Shown here: piece after piece, positions 53,012 through 64,000 of the stretch
Layout: each line of letters opens with the position of its first letter
How positions within the stretch are numbered: the stretch's first letter is position 1
Origin: Octopus sinensis
Taxonomy: Eukaryota
Length of the DNA stretch: 64,000 bases
Assembly (NCBI RefSeq): GCF_006345805.1
Contig: NC_043003.1
Coordinates: 39,494,001-39,558,000 of the forward strand
Direction: 5' to 3'
The notes under the pieces: generated by a model
The model's database searches: none
What the model saw: only the letters and a program-made list of their open reading frames with translations
What the model was told of the DNA's origin: nothing
Position numbers and translations under genes: made by a program

Positions 53012-53670
53012 GACAAGCTTCATTCAGTTTTATCAAGATTTCATTACTTAACAGCATGCACAAGGCTTCCTCAAGGCACAAGTCACATATATTATCTGGC
53101 ATATGTGACTTGTGCCTTGAGGAAGCCTCGTGCATTCTGTTAAGTAATGAAAACTTAGTAAACAAGGGTGCTGATAAAATACCAAGATGTTGTCACCGTG
53201 CCAAATTTGCCTTTTCCATATACAACACAGTAGAATAATAATTATAATTCAGCAAAATTTCTCCCTCTCTCCTTCCCCCTATCCATGAGTGCGTGAGCCT
53301 GGTTGCATTTCTATATGTACGTATGCATGCCAGTCCACATCTCTAGTATGCATGGATGTATGTATCTATGCATGTGTATATGTATATAGATGTAAATATG
53401 TGTGCACTTGTGTATGTAAATGCATGTGTATGTACGTGTGTACATATATTTGTATATGTGTATGTATATGTGTATGTATATAGGTGCACGTACATATCTA
53501 TATATGTGTGAGTGTGAGTATATATGTATATATGCATATGTATATATATATAAATATATAGGGGGAGAATTCACAAAAAAAAACAAACGAAGAAATATAT
53601 ATATGCATATATATATATATATAAATTACTTAAATTACTTAAATTATTTTGTCAGCATTTTCTTCATTTC

Positions 53671-53712
<42 letters not shown>

Positions 53713-54648
53713 ATCAAAATAAGCAACAGGATATCAAGTAGTGATGCAGTACGACTGTTTCAAGTGACTCCATTTAATTGAACAATGCAATCATTGCATC
53801 GTTTAAATGTAGTGCTATCCTCGGCTGCACAAATATATAAATAGAATTTTAACAAAGGTGTCTCGTTTATATAATTTTTCTCAAATATTTTAACAGAGCA
53901 AGAAGATGGAAGAAATTCATGTGCGTGCATGCGTGTGTGTAAATATATATATATATAAATGGCTATCTGTAGAGATGACAATGATAACATCAGCAATGAT
54001 AAATTAAGAGGCTAGTTGGCAGAAACATTAGCATGCCGGGTGAAATGCTTAGTGGTATTTCGCTTGCCATTATGTTCTGAGTTCAAATTACTCCAAGGTC
54101 GACTTTGCCTTTTATCTTTTCGGGGCTGATAAATTAAGTACCAGTTATGCCCTGGAGTCGATGTAATCGATTTCATCCCTTTGTTTGTCCTTGTTTGTCC
54201 CCTCTATTTTTAGCCCCTTGTGGGCAATAAAGAAATAAGAGGGGAAATGAGGATAGGTTCTAACACTGCAGAGATAAAAGTCGAAAAACCTTTATATATT
54301 CCAGGTGCAACGAAATGTACAATCAAAGAAATCTATATCTATGTAGATCCTGCTATCCAAATGGCAGGATCTATGTAGACACACTTTTCTTTGATTGTAT
54401 CTCTCTGAAGATGGACCTTTGCACTTGAAATATATAAAAGCTTTTCAAGTTCCAATTCTGCATTATTAGCTTTCCTCACTTCCCCTTTTCATTTATCATT
54501 CCACTTCTGTACTTCAATGCTTCAAGCAAACTACAACACTCTTCTTTCAACAACAATAATGATTACAATAACTACCACAATGATAGTCATAATGATGATA
54601 TCAGTGGTGGCATTATCAATATCAAATATGAAAAACCATAGAACTTAC

Positions 54649-54776
54649 CCACAAGGAGTACATGTCCATTGTCTTGCAGCAGAACTCGGCTGACCCTAGA
54701 GATGTGTTCTATAGCAAATTTGAACATCACTAACGACATAGGACTTTTACTGTTGGCATTGCATTCATCCAGATAA
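54649..54776 (-). CDS. DNAH3: Dynein HC exon 2: (H)[42 protein letters not shown](G), start of AAA4
   Basis: Not in the ORF track; translated by hand. ctacag acceptor and gtaagt donor; classic [13 protein letters not shown] motif; phases 2 and 1 fit its neighbours. Confidence 0.95.
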
Positions 54777-55474
54777 CTGTAGGATTAGAAGAAGGTCACC
54801 TTGACATTATAATTCATTTTAGGTATACTCAATTATAATCAATAGCAGACAATGACATTGGAGTTAAAAAACCTTCATTCAGAATTAATAAAACACTGTT
54901 TTTAGTTCTGAGTTGCAACTCTGAGATTTGATTTTGTTGTTACTTAAAACCCTTGGTCAAACTAATTAAGCAGATCTATGATGAACGGCACTCCAAACAT
55001 GATCCATTCCATCATTGTTTCAAGTATGACATATCCTAAGACCATCGTTTACTTTTTGAAGACAGAAAGGAATGTATGAGCTGAAGGAGATTTGCTCTCC
55101 AATTCTAACAGTTTGTGCCACAACATAAAGGTTCACCAATTGTAGGATGTGATGTTGGCACTGGTTGGGTACCTCACATTTCCTTACATAGTTGCAGAAT
55201 GGAAAAATAGCGAGAACAAGAATCTCCGAACAAATAACAATAATAGTTTATTTCGCCGAAATAAGCATTTCATCTCTGGACATCGGTAGCCTGGACACCT
55301 TGGGGATGGAAGCAGCAGAGTTGGTTTAAATCACCATTGTGAAGGCATTCTTCACAGATTCACCTAAGTCGTATTTGCCTTTACACACAGCTTGTCTTGT
55401 TGCATCTAGTTCCATTGCCAGCAGGAGCAAAAAGAGAGAGAATAATGATAAAAACCTAGCTGCTGATGATGACA

Positions 55475-55556
55475 GCGCATGCACATAAGGGACTTCCGGT
55501 AGGCCTTCCAGAAGACTAATACTTGCGCATGCGTAGATGAAAATCCCAAAATGGCG
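55475..55556. promoter_or_regulatory. Candidate intronic promoter: cluster of NRF1-like, ETS and YY1 motifs
   Basis: GCGCATGCAC 55475, ACTTCCGG 55492, TGCGCATGCG 55524 and CAAAATGGCG 55547 within 82 bp of locally CpG-richer unique sequence; no transcript evidence. Confidence 0.45.
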
Positions 55557-56100
55557 TCTGGAACCTGGTGTCACTACACTCAGGTTTGTATCAGGTCTAA
55601 TGAGTTGGGGATCAAATATTTATTTGAAGTGTCAGTAGCTCTCCACCACCACTAACCAGTTATGTGTTGGCATCACTAAAATTGTAATGTGACCCTTACA
55701 AACACATTTATACATGTAATTAACCTATTTGCTTGTGTATAGACGTCCTGAGTAGCCCCTCTACCTTGGATAGGCAAAACAGTCTGGAGAGATACAGTAA
55801 TGATTGATCAGAAGTGGAAGCAATGCATACTTAACAAGTGTTTTGCTAGTTTGTTATGTTACCTCTAAATGCAATCAATGTAAACAGCCCTGAAACCCCA
55901 GATACTTAGCTTTAGTTTCATTATACAAAACAGATAAGAAATAAATATACTATTGGATAGAGAACCAGTCTATCACTAGGTAATATTCGAAGAGAATTAG
56001 ATAGCACCATTATGGATGTAATTAAATAAAACCTGATATTTGTTTTAGTGTACCAAACTATAGATCTTGTTACTAGACAGGGCCAATAATAATAATAATA

Positions 56101-56143
<43 letters not shown>

Positions 56144-56400
56144 TAATCCTTTCTACTATAGGCACAAGGGGCCTGGATTTTGTTGGGAGGGGAACAGTTG
56201 ATCACATTGACTGCAGTGTTCAACTGGTACTTATTTCATCAAACTCAAAAAGATGAAAGGTAAAGTTGACCTCAGCAGAATTTATAATCAGAACATGAAG
56301 ATGGACAAAATACCACAAGCATGTTGTCCTGCATGCTAACAGTTCTGCCAACTAAGCATTTTGCCTGGTGTGTTAACAATTCTGCCAGCTCACCACCTTC

Positions 56401-56471
<71 letters not shown>

Positions 56472-57949
56472 TCTTTCTACTATAGGCACAAGGCCTGAAA
56501 TCTTGGGTAAGGGGGCTATTGTTAACATTGACCCCAGTGTGTAATTGGTACTTATTTTAACGTCGCATTTTGCATTCAGAACCCATGTCTCACTACCATG
56601 GAGTGTAGCCGTTCACATACAAGCATCATACAGTCTACCTTTCACTCTGAGAGAGAGTCCTTTTTTTGCCAACAGAGATAATAGCTCTCTGAATTCCTAC
56701 AACCTATTCTTTTTCTAGAAACAATACTTCCAGAGCACCCACCACCATTTACCAAGTTTAAAAGCATGGTATGATTTGCTTAAGTTAAAGTAGACTAATG
56801 GTGAAACAAACTGTTATTTTCTTTGTTTCTAAATTCTGGTTAGTATTTTCAGGTGGCCACTAATAATAATTATTTTTATCACAAGCTGAACAAAGAACAA
56901 TATACATTTCGAATACTTCTTTTTTTAATTTTTATTTTATATGGCATTTTGTGAACAACTGCTTTGTTGTTTAGTGAGTCAATCACTAGTTTGCTTGACA
57001 ATCTTGATTCTTGCAGCAACGTTAACTATTGTAATTCAACTCCAATGTTACTATATAAGAAGCAATTTAACACCTCTATATCTAAGCAAAATAAACAAAG
57101 TAAAACTTATTTTCATTCGGTAAAGGCAGACCTGTGTAGTAGGAGTATAGTAACTTAACTGGAGTTCATTATGTTAGTGTTTGTTTTTCTATTGGAAGTC
57201 TTGGCTGACAACCTCTCTAGTGATGGTAACATAACAACTGGGTGGTGGTAATTATGAGAGAGAGGTAAATAATGAAAAGTAATCCTAATGACATCAACAA
57301 GGCTAGTATTTTTAGAAAACTGGTCAAATTCAGCAGGTATCTTGTGGAACAGCAGCCGCAGTGGAGGCGCAATGGCCCGGTGGTTAGGGTAGCGGACTCA
57401 CGGTCGTATGAACGTGGTTTCGATTCCCAGTCCAGGCACCATGAGTGTTTATTGAGCAAAAACACCTAAGCTCCCCACTGTACTCTTTCATCACAATTTT
57501 CTCCCTACTTCTGCCACAAAGCAGAGGAACCATGGTGTAACCCACTATGGTGTAGTAAACTTTCAGGCCCTAGTCTAGATTGCGAATCCTCTGTACCCCA
57601 GGATGGTTCAGCTCTCCACCCATTAAAAGCCACTGTTTACAGAATGAGGATAATAACAAAGCTTTCACGCCCGTGCAACCGCCAGTCTATCACGTGTGGT
57701 GGCTTGATCTTCAAGTTGCAACACACATTCTTAGTAGCTTAGAGTAGGCTTGAATTAGAGATTATTCTTTGTGGCTAATGGCGTGAGTCCTGATTGGAGG
57801 AGGGGGGAGGAGGAGGAGGAGGAGGAGGAGGAGGAGGAGGAGAAGAAGAAGAAGAAGAAGAAGAAGAAGAAGAAGAGAAGAAGAAGAAGAAGAAGAAGAA
57901 GAAGAAAGCAGCTCAAGCCCAATCATAATCAAGCTACTTCTGACCCTCA

Positions 57950-58630
57950 ACAGTGAAGGAGATTAAAATGGACAAAAGAGAACAACAAATCATTGTTTGA
58001 ATGTTATATTAGGAATGAGCGAGAGAAAAGAGGCTATCAGAAAAGGTTACTAGAACTCTGGAAAAATATCACTATGAAGAGCTGAAAGATGTGATTGAAC
58101 AAAGATTGGTTAATCAGATTAGACAAATTAAGATCAAAAAATGGTTAAAGAAGATGGAACAAGAGGAGACTATAATGGAAGAGTGAAAGGAACTGTAGGG
58201 AACTACTGATCCAGATGAAATGCTCATGGAACAGGAGAATCTACAGAACTTGGACATGGAGGGAGGGAATCCACCATATACAGAAGATATTAGCGTACCT
58301 CCAGCTAGAGAGTCACTGGAAAAAATTAGCCCAGAATTAGCTGCTTTCATTGACACAATTCTGGAAATAATGTTTCTTGAGGGAAGGAAAAGGTTACCAT
58401 CACTGAAGTCATGTAATAGAGCAAAGCTAAGACCAGAACTCAAGAAACTGAATGAAGTTGTCATGAGAATTCTAACTAAGGACATCACATAGTTAAATTT
58501 CCTGATGTATGCCAATGCTTATATCATCACAGAGAAGACAAGAATGTTTAGTGAAAAGAAAGTACAGAGAAACAAAGAACCATTCTGGGAAAGGAGAATA
58601 AAAGAAAGCATTGATACATTGGAGAAGGAG
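57950..58630 (+). mobile_element. Degenerate N-terminal fragment of an R4/Dong-like non-LTR retrotransposon
   Basis: Peptides LKWTKENNKSLFECY..RGYQKRLLELW, RKRLPSLK..R.KL..E..KLNEV and EPFWERRI resemble recalled R4/Dong N-termini; stops and frameshifts present. Confidence 0.55.
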
Positions 58631-58971
58631 TTGAGTAGTAATAATAATAATAATAATAATAATAATTTGACTTATGCTCTGATAACCCTGCTAAACATAA
58701 AAATGATTTCTATTTTAGAACAAGACTTGAAATTTGGGGATGAGGGCTCAATCAATTATATTAACTCCAGTACTTGACCCATATTTATTTTAACCACCCT
58801 GAAAGATATAAAAAAAAAACCCAAATTATCAGCCATAATAGGATTAATGATAATATTTTTTTTCTAATATAGGCACAAAGCTTGAAATTTGGGGGATGGG
58901 AGTGGTCAACGATATCAACTCCAGTACTTGACTGCACTTATTTTATCAACATTGAAACAATGAAAGACAAT

Positions 58972-60721
58972 CATCATCATTGTTCGACCGTGGTCGAGAC
59001 AATGGAATTTACCATGTTGCGCCAGACTTCACGGTCCATCATAGCATTACGGAGGTCCTGTTGCTGGATGCCTGTATCCCTGGAGATTACATCAGGGTAG
59101 GAGAGTGTGCGCCCTCTGGTGTTGCGAGTAGATGGCTTCCAGAGAAGAAGAGTAGAAATTACTTCTTTTTCAGCTCTACAACAATGTCCAGCAAACTGGA
59201 CTCTCCTACCCTTCACAAGAGATGACACAGGTGGTAATTTCCCATATATTTGCATTTTAGTTGGATGGCGCCTCCACGAGAGATTTTGAGCTCTCATAAG
59301 GAGGCGAGTGTAGGTTCCATCCAACCGCCTCTCAAGCTTCTTTGATAACGTCCAGGTTTCTGAGCCATATAGTAGGATTGGTTCGACTGTGGCTTTGAAT
59401 ATTTCAAGTTTGAAGTCTCTACTTAGATTTGATGACCAGATCTTATGCATGTCATTACAGGCTGACCAGGCCATACCCTTTCTAGTTAGAAAATCTTTTC
59501 CAGATGATGATATGTATGACCCAAGATATTTATAATCAGAAACCATATTTAAAGGTGCACTGTTGAGAGTGTGGATGATGCAATCACTGTTGGACAGGCA
59601 CTTGTTTATGTATTCAGTTTTGGTCTCATTAAGGTAAAGACCTACACAATTTGAGGCTTGTTCAAGAGATTGTAAAAGAGACTGGGCATTGGAGAGAGAA
59701 TCACTGATAAGAGCGATGTCGTCAGCAAAGTCAGTGTCTGTCAAGTACTCAGCTGGGTGTCTGGAACTTCTTCTTGGTTTTATTTCAAAGCCCTTGCCAG
59801 AGATGGTATCAACTGACATACGTAGCACATAATCAACAACAATGATGAAAAGAAATGGGGCGAGTGTGTCTCCCTGCAGTATTCCGGCCTCGATCGAGAA
59901 AGATGATGTTTCTCCATCAGGGGTTAAGATGGTTGAAGACGTATCTGTGTAGAGGACCTTGATGGCAGAAATAATTTTGTCTGGTATCCCATAGAGCTTA
60001 AGGATTTCAAACATCTTGCACCTATCTACAGAATCGAACGCTTTAGAAAAGTCTACAAATACCATTGCAAGATCGCGATTAAATGCTTTTGATTCTTCAA
60101 TAAGTCTGCGCAGGCATAGTATCTGGCTCAGCGTTGAGCGCCCATGTCTGAATCCATTTTGGTTCTTTCGGAGCAAAGGTTCAACAAAAAGGACAAGACG
60201 ATTTAGGATCAGTTTGTTGTACAGTTTTGCAGCAATTGACATTAGAGATATGCCCCTGTAGTTGGTGACGAGGGACAAATCGCCTTTTTTGGGTATTGGA
60301 ATGATTGAGACTGGTGCCAAATCTTTGGAGCGACAAAGGTGGAAAGTGTGTGGTTGCAGAGGTTAAGCAAAAGTGTGTGAAATCTATCATCCTTCCAAAT
60401 CACAGCCGGAATGTTGTCGGGACCAAATGCTTTCGAGGCTTTTAGTTGCTTGGTGGCTGCTGTTAGTTCAAATATGGTAAAAGGGGAGGTGTCTGATATA
60501 GGCACACTTGGGAGAGTGGGGTTATCAGGGATTTTGGCATTCTTCCCAAGGAGGTTTTTAAAATGGGTTGACCAATTTTCTAAACGCTTCTTAGCTGATC
60601 CCCCTTTAATTCTAATTGATGACCCAGAATTTTTGCCTGATAGGTCTTTGATGGATTTCCAGGCGAGATGGTGTTTTTTACTAATGTGCTCTTTCGATAG
60701 TTTACTAATTTTGCCATTGAT
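58972..60721 (-). mobile_element. 5'-truncated RTE-clade LINE with a nearly intact reverse transcriptase ORF
   Basis: ORF 58977-60320 has RT motifs (IIPIPKKGD, NYRGISL, QNGFR, VDFSKAFDS, GILQGDTLAP, FADDIAL, YKYLGS). The upstream frame (60242-60505 and beyond) is joined by one frameshift near 60305. 3' (TGA)n tail; candidate 9-bp TSD aaagacaat/aaagccaat at 58963-58971 and 60722-60730. Confidence 0.93.
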
Positions 60722-61124
60722 AAAGCCAATCCCAGTAGAGATTGAACTCAGAACATAAAATGGAAGGAATGCTGCAAAGCATTTTGTCCAATATGCAAAT
60801 GATTCTGTCAGCTCAAATAGATGTTTGTATTGTAGTTATTCTCTATTTATACAGACAATTCAGAATTTGCAAGAATGCATATATAGTATACATTTAATGA
60901 CTTGTAGACACACAGTATTTCAAAATGCAGCCATAATATGCTACAAAATATATTAAATGTTTTTATTAGTCAAAACTGTGTACTACTGTGTTAGCAGTGC
61001 CATGTGTTAAGGTCATCTCTACAAATTTTTTATAGAAATTATAGCCAGCACTTATTTTGTCACATTTCATATCTGAGATGACAAATGTAAACAAATAATG
61101 AGATTGAAGATGAGAAAAATAGGT

Positions 61125-61169
61125 AAATGAACCATATTTCAGGAGGTTTTGCTCCTTCATCAGCCATCT
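61125..61169 (-). ncRNA. Minimal type I hammerhead-ribozyme-like motif, probably a Penelope-type remnant
   Basis: AGAUGG-CUGAUGA-AGGAG(CAAAAC)CUCCU-GAAA-UAUG-GUU-CAUUU: intact core and 5-bp helix II; helix I register is off by one nucleotide. Confidence 0.45.
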
Positions 61170-61673
61170 AACACATTAATCACAACTGAATTAATTGCTT
61201 AAATAGCCACTAAATACAGCAGTATGATGTTATTGGATATATCAATTTTACATGATAAACACATTCTTGGAAGCAGGCATGTAAATATTAAGGACTTGTA
61301 GGGATGCGGTATTTCGTTATGCAATCATAATATGCTACAAAGTATATTAAATGTTTTAATAAGTGTATACTGTGTACCACTGTGTTAGCAGTGCACTTAA
61401 ATCATGTGCTAAGGTCATAGCTCCAAGTTCACCTTGACTGAAAAGACACATGATAAAAGACTGGGACAATCTCTTTTCTTTTAGATAACAGAGTGTGATT
61501 AGAGAAAGATTTTGTTGCTACTTCTAACATGTAACCACAGAGGCTCTCTCACTCATTCAATAACACTAACCATAAGGCTCAGTGACTGGTGAGAACTTAT
61601 GGTTTGTGATATCATTCCAAAGAGCTGTGGTGATAAGAGTTGGAAAAGAACTAGAATTATATGATAAACATAC

Positions 61674-61880
61674 TGTTCCATGACTTTGGTTAGTTCCTTT
61701 AAATCTTGGATTTCATCGTAAGTAGTTTTCTGATCAGGGTTGGCAAAATCTCCAAAGAAGAGGTTTCGAACATCACTGTCCTTCACTTTACCACTTTTTG
61801 AAAGGTGACCAAGAACCTTGTCAATGTTTACCTTGAAGTTGTTTTGACACGAGTCTTTGACAATGCTGAAGAACATTTCC
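61674..61880 (-). CDS. DNAH3: Dynein HC exon 1 (window numbering): EMFFSIVKDSCQNNF...ELTKVME, AAA3 lid region
   Basis: ttacag acceptor and gtatgt donor; peptide RNLFFGDF...YDEIQDLKEL; 207 nt, ends in phase 2. Confidence 0.93.
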
Positions 61881-62479
61881 CTGTAAAGAGAAAATTAGAA
61901 TTCACAAAAAGTAAAATGGAACCAGCAGCATCGAAAAGTGGATATGGCATAAATTAGAATTGGCAGTAAAGAAATAAGAACACTCAAACTGTGACAATCT
62001 CATATTCCATTCAGTATAACCTGGACTACATTATCAAATGTGTCATTTTTTTAAGACGACGTGGTATGACATGAGGGAAATTTAGCTGCTATTTTCAAGA
62101 GGTTGAGAGTCCCATAAAGGTTCTCTCACTGGTAACATAGTGGACATTAATTAAAGTGGAGAGCTAGCAGAATATGTAGCATGCCAGGTAAAATACTTAG
62201 GGGCATTTCATCTGTCTTTACATTCTGAGTTAAAATTCCACCAAGGTTAATATTGTCAGTGTTATTTGCACTTTTGCATAATTTAGATGGTGTAGTACTA
62301 TATTTTGTTTTTTAATGAATGACTTTTCTGGTAACTTTTCCACTTTAATGATTGGATGTTTACAAATTGTATCGTGACTGTTTTTTTTTTTTACTGCTAC
62401 TGATCAGATGTTCTATACAGATATATATACATATATAAGGGATGGGTCTCTGAATTGAGACTTAGTTTCTTGCTTAGGA

Positions 62480-62885
62480 ATGGCTGTGTGGTAAGTAGCT
62501 TGCTTACAAACCACATGATCCAGGTTCAGTCCTACTGCATGGCACCTTGGGCAAGTGTCTTCTACTATAGCTGACCAAAGCCTTGTGAGGGGATTTGGTA
62601 GACGGAAACTGAAAGAAGCCCATTAAATATATGTATATATATATATATATATATGCATGTGTATGTGTGTATATGTTTGTGTGTCTGTGTTTGTCCTCCC
62701 AACATTGCTTGACAACCAATGCTGGTGTGTTTACATCCCTGTAACTTAATAGTTCGGCAAAGAAACCAATAGAATAAGTACAAGGCTTACAAAGAATAAG
62801 TCCTGGGGTTGATTTGCTTGACTAAAGGTGGTGCTCCAGCATGGCCACAGTCAAATGACTGAATCAAGTAAAAGAATAAAAGAGT
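62480..62885 (+). mobile_element. Composite SINE: ggctgtgtggtaagtagcttgc head, microsatellite middle, ...aaaggtggtgctccagcatggcc tail (other copies at about 700-1075, 10615-11555, 17470-17830, 21025-21385 and 63170-63470)
   Basis: The same head-microsatellite-tail order recurs in several places on both strands. Confidence 0.75.
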
Positions 62886-62974
62886 AAGTGATTTTTCATA
62901 TCAGAGTTCCTTTAATATATTCTTAGTTTCTGTCAGGGTGTTGCTGAGTGTGTTACAAAACAACACATAGAAAA

Positions 62975-63014
<40 letters not shown>

Positions 63015-64000
63015 GTATATAAACAAAAGGTTGAATACAAAAATTGAGACACCAAATAAAGAACAATTTGAAAATTGCTTTTAAGCAAGAAACTTAGTCC
63101 CAAATCAGAGACCCTTTCTCTGTATGAAACAAGCTCTGATCACTGAAAGGAAAACAATTCTTTTATTCTTTTATTTGTTTCTGTCATTTGACTGCAGCCA
63201 TACAGAGGCACCACCTTGAAGGGTTCCAGTTGAAGAAATCGACCCAGGACTTATTTTTTGTAAACCTAGTACTTATTCTATTGGTCTCTTTTGCCAAACT
63301 ACTACGTCACAGGAATGTAAACACACCAACATTGGTTCTCAAGTGATGGTGGGGGAACAAACACTGACACAAAGGCACACACACATAAAAAAAAATACGC
63401 ACACACACACACAATAGGCTTCTTTCAGTTTCCCTCTACCAAATCCACTCACAATGCTTTGGTTGGCAGCCATTCCTGTGCCTATCATGATATAATTTAC
63501 GAACATCTAATGACTTCATCATCATCATCATCATCATCGTTTAATGTCCGCTTTCCGCGCTAGCATGGGTTGGACGGTTCGACCGGGGTCTGGGGAGCCA
63601 GGGGCTGCTCCAGGCTCCAGTCTGATCTGGCAGTGTTTCTACAGCTGGATGCCCTTCCTAACACCAACCACTCCACGAGTGTAGTGGGTGCTTTTTACGT
63701 GCCACCTGCACAGGTGCCAGAGGGGTCTGGCACCGGCCACGATCGATTGGTGCTTTTTATATCATTAAAGTGGAAAAAATTATCAGAAACGTCATTTTTA
63801 TTCATTTCTTTTTTCATACACATATACATACACACATACACCTTGTGTGTGTGTGTGCGTGTGTGTGTGTGAGTGTGTGTATGAGGGCATATGCACTAGT
63901 GGTTAGTGTATTGCATTCACAAACATGAGATCATGAGTTCAGTTCCTGGACTGAGTAATGCATTCTTTTCTGTTCTGTTCTTCTCATGTTGCTCTATGAT

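Noticed and set aside
57358-57440. tRNA-like sequence with A and B boxes (also about 7500-7570 on the minus strand)
   Set aside because: No complete cloverleaf or acceptor stem, and it continues into SINE body sequence; treated as a tRNA-derived SINE head.
57840-57906. Same one-base interruption (gaagagaag) in the GAA tracts here and at 9137-9210
   Set aside because: A single indel in a long simple repeat is easily explained by slippage or a consensus artefact.

Overview
AT-rich, microsatellite- and SINE-dense eukaryotic genomic DNA. The repeat content looks like an octopus (coleoid cephalopod) genome; this is inferred from recalled repeat families, not from a search. The whole window lies inside one minus-strand axonemal dynein heavy chain gene, best matching DNAH3. 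I mapped 17 consecutive GT-AG coding exons between 61880 and 183. They total 3341 nt, keep reading frame across every junction, and cover the end of AAA3, AAA4, the stalk/MTBD, AAA5, the strut and the region leading into AAA6. The gene continues beyond both window ends. The introns hold tRNA-derived SINEs, a young 5'-truncated RTE LINE, Penelope-like and R4/Dong-like LINE remnants, mariner/Tc1 remnants, pogo-like and piggyBac-like MITEs and a non-autonomous Helitron. Five observations are not explained by the gene model. (1) About a dozen intronic fold-back palindromes or hairpins, up to 466 bp with no loop; several carry minimal hammerhead-ribozyme-like motifs of the Penelope-like-element type. 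(2) A three-layer nested insertion in which part of exon 12 plus its donor site was copied into a SINE and then hit by another SINE. (3) A compact NRF1/ETS/YY1 motif cluster resembling an intronic promoter. (4) An inverted MITE pair bracketing exons 12-16, the arrangement that favours back-splicing. (5) Two conserved dynein residues that appear changed. All alignments and RNA folds were done by eye, and identities are approximate. Exon numbers are window-relative (exon 1 = 61674-61880).
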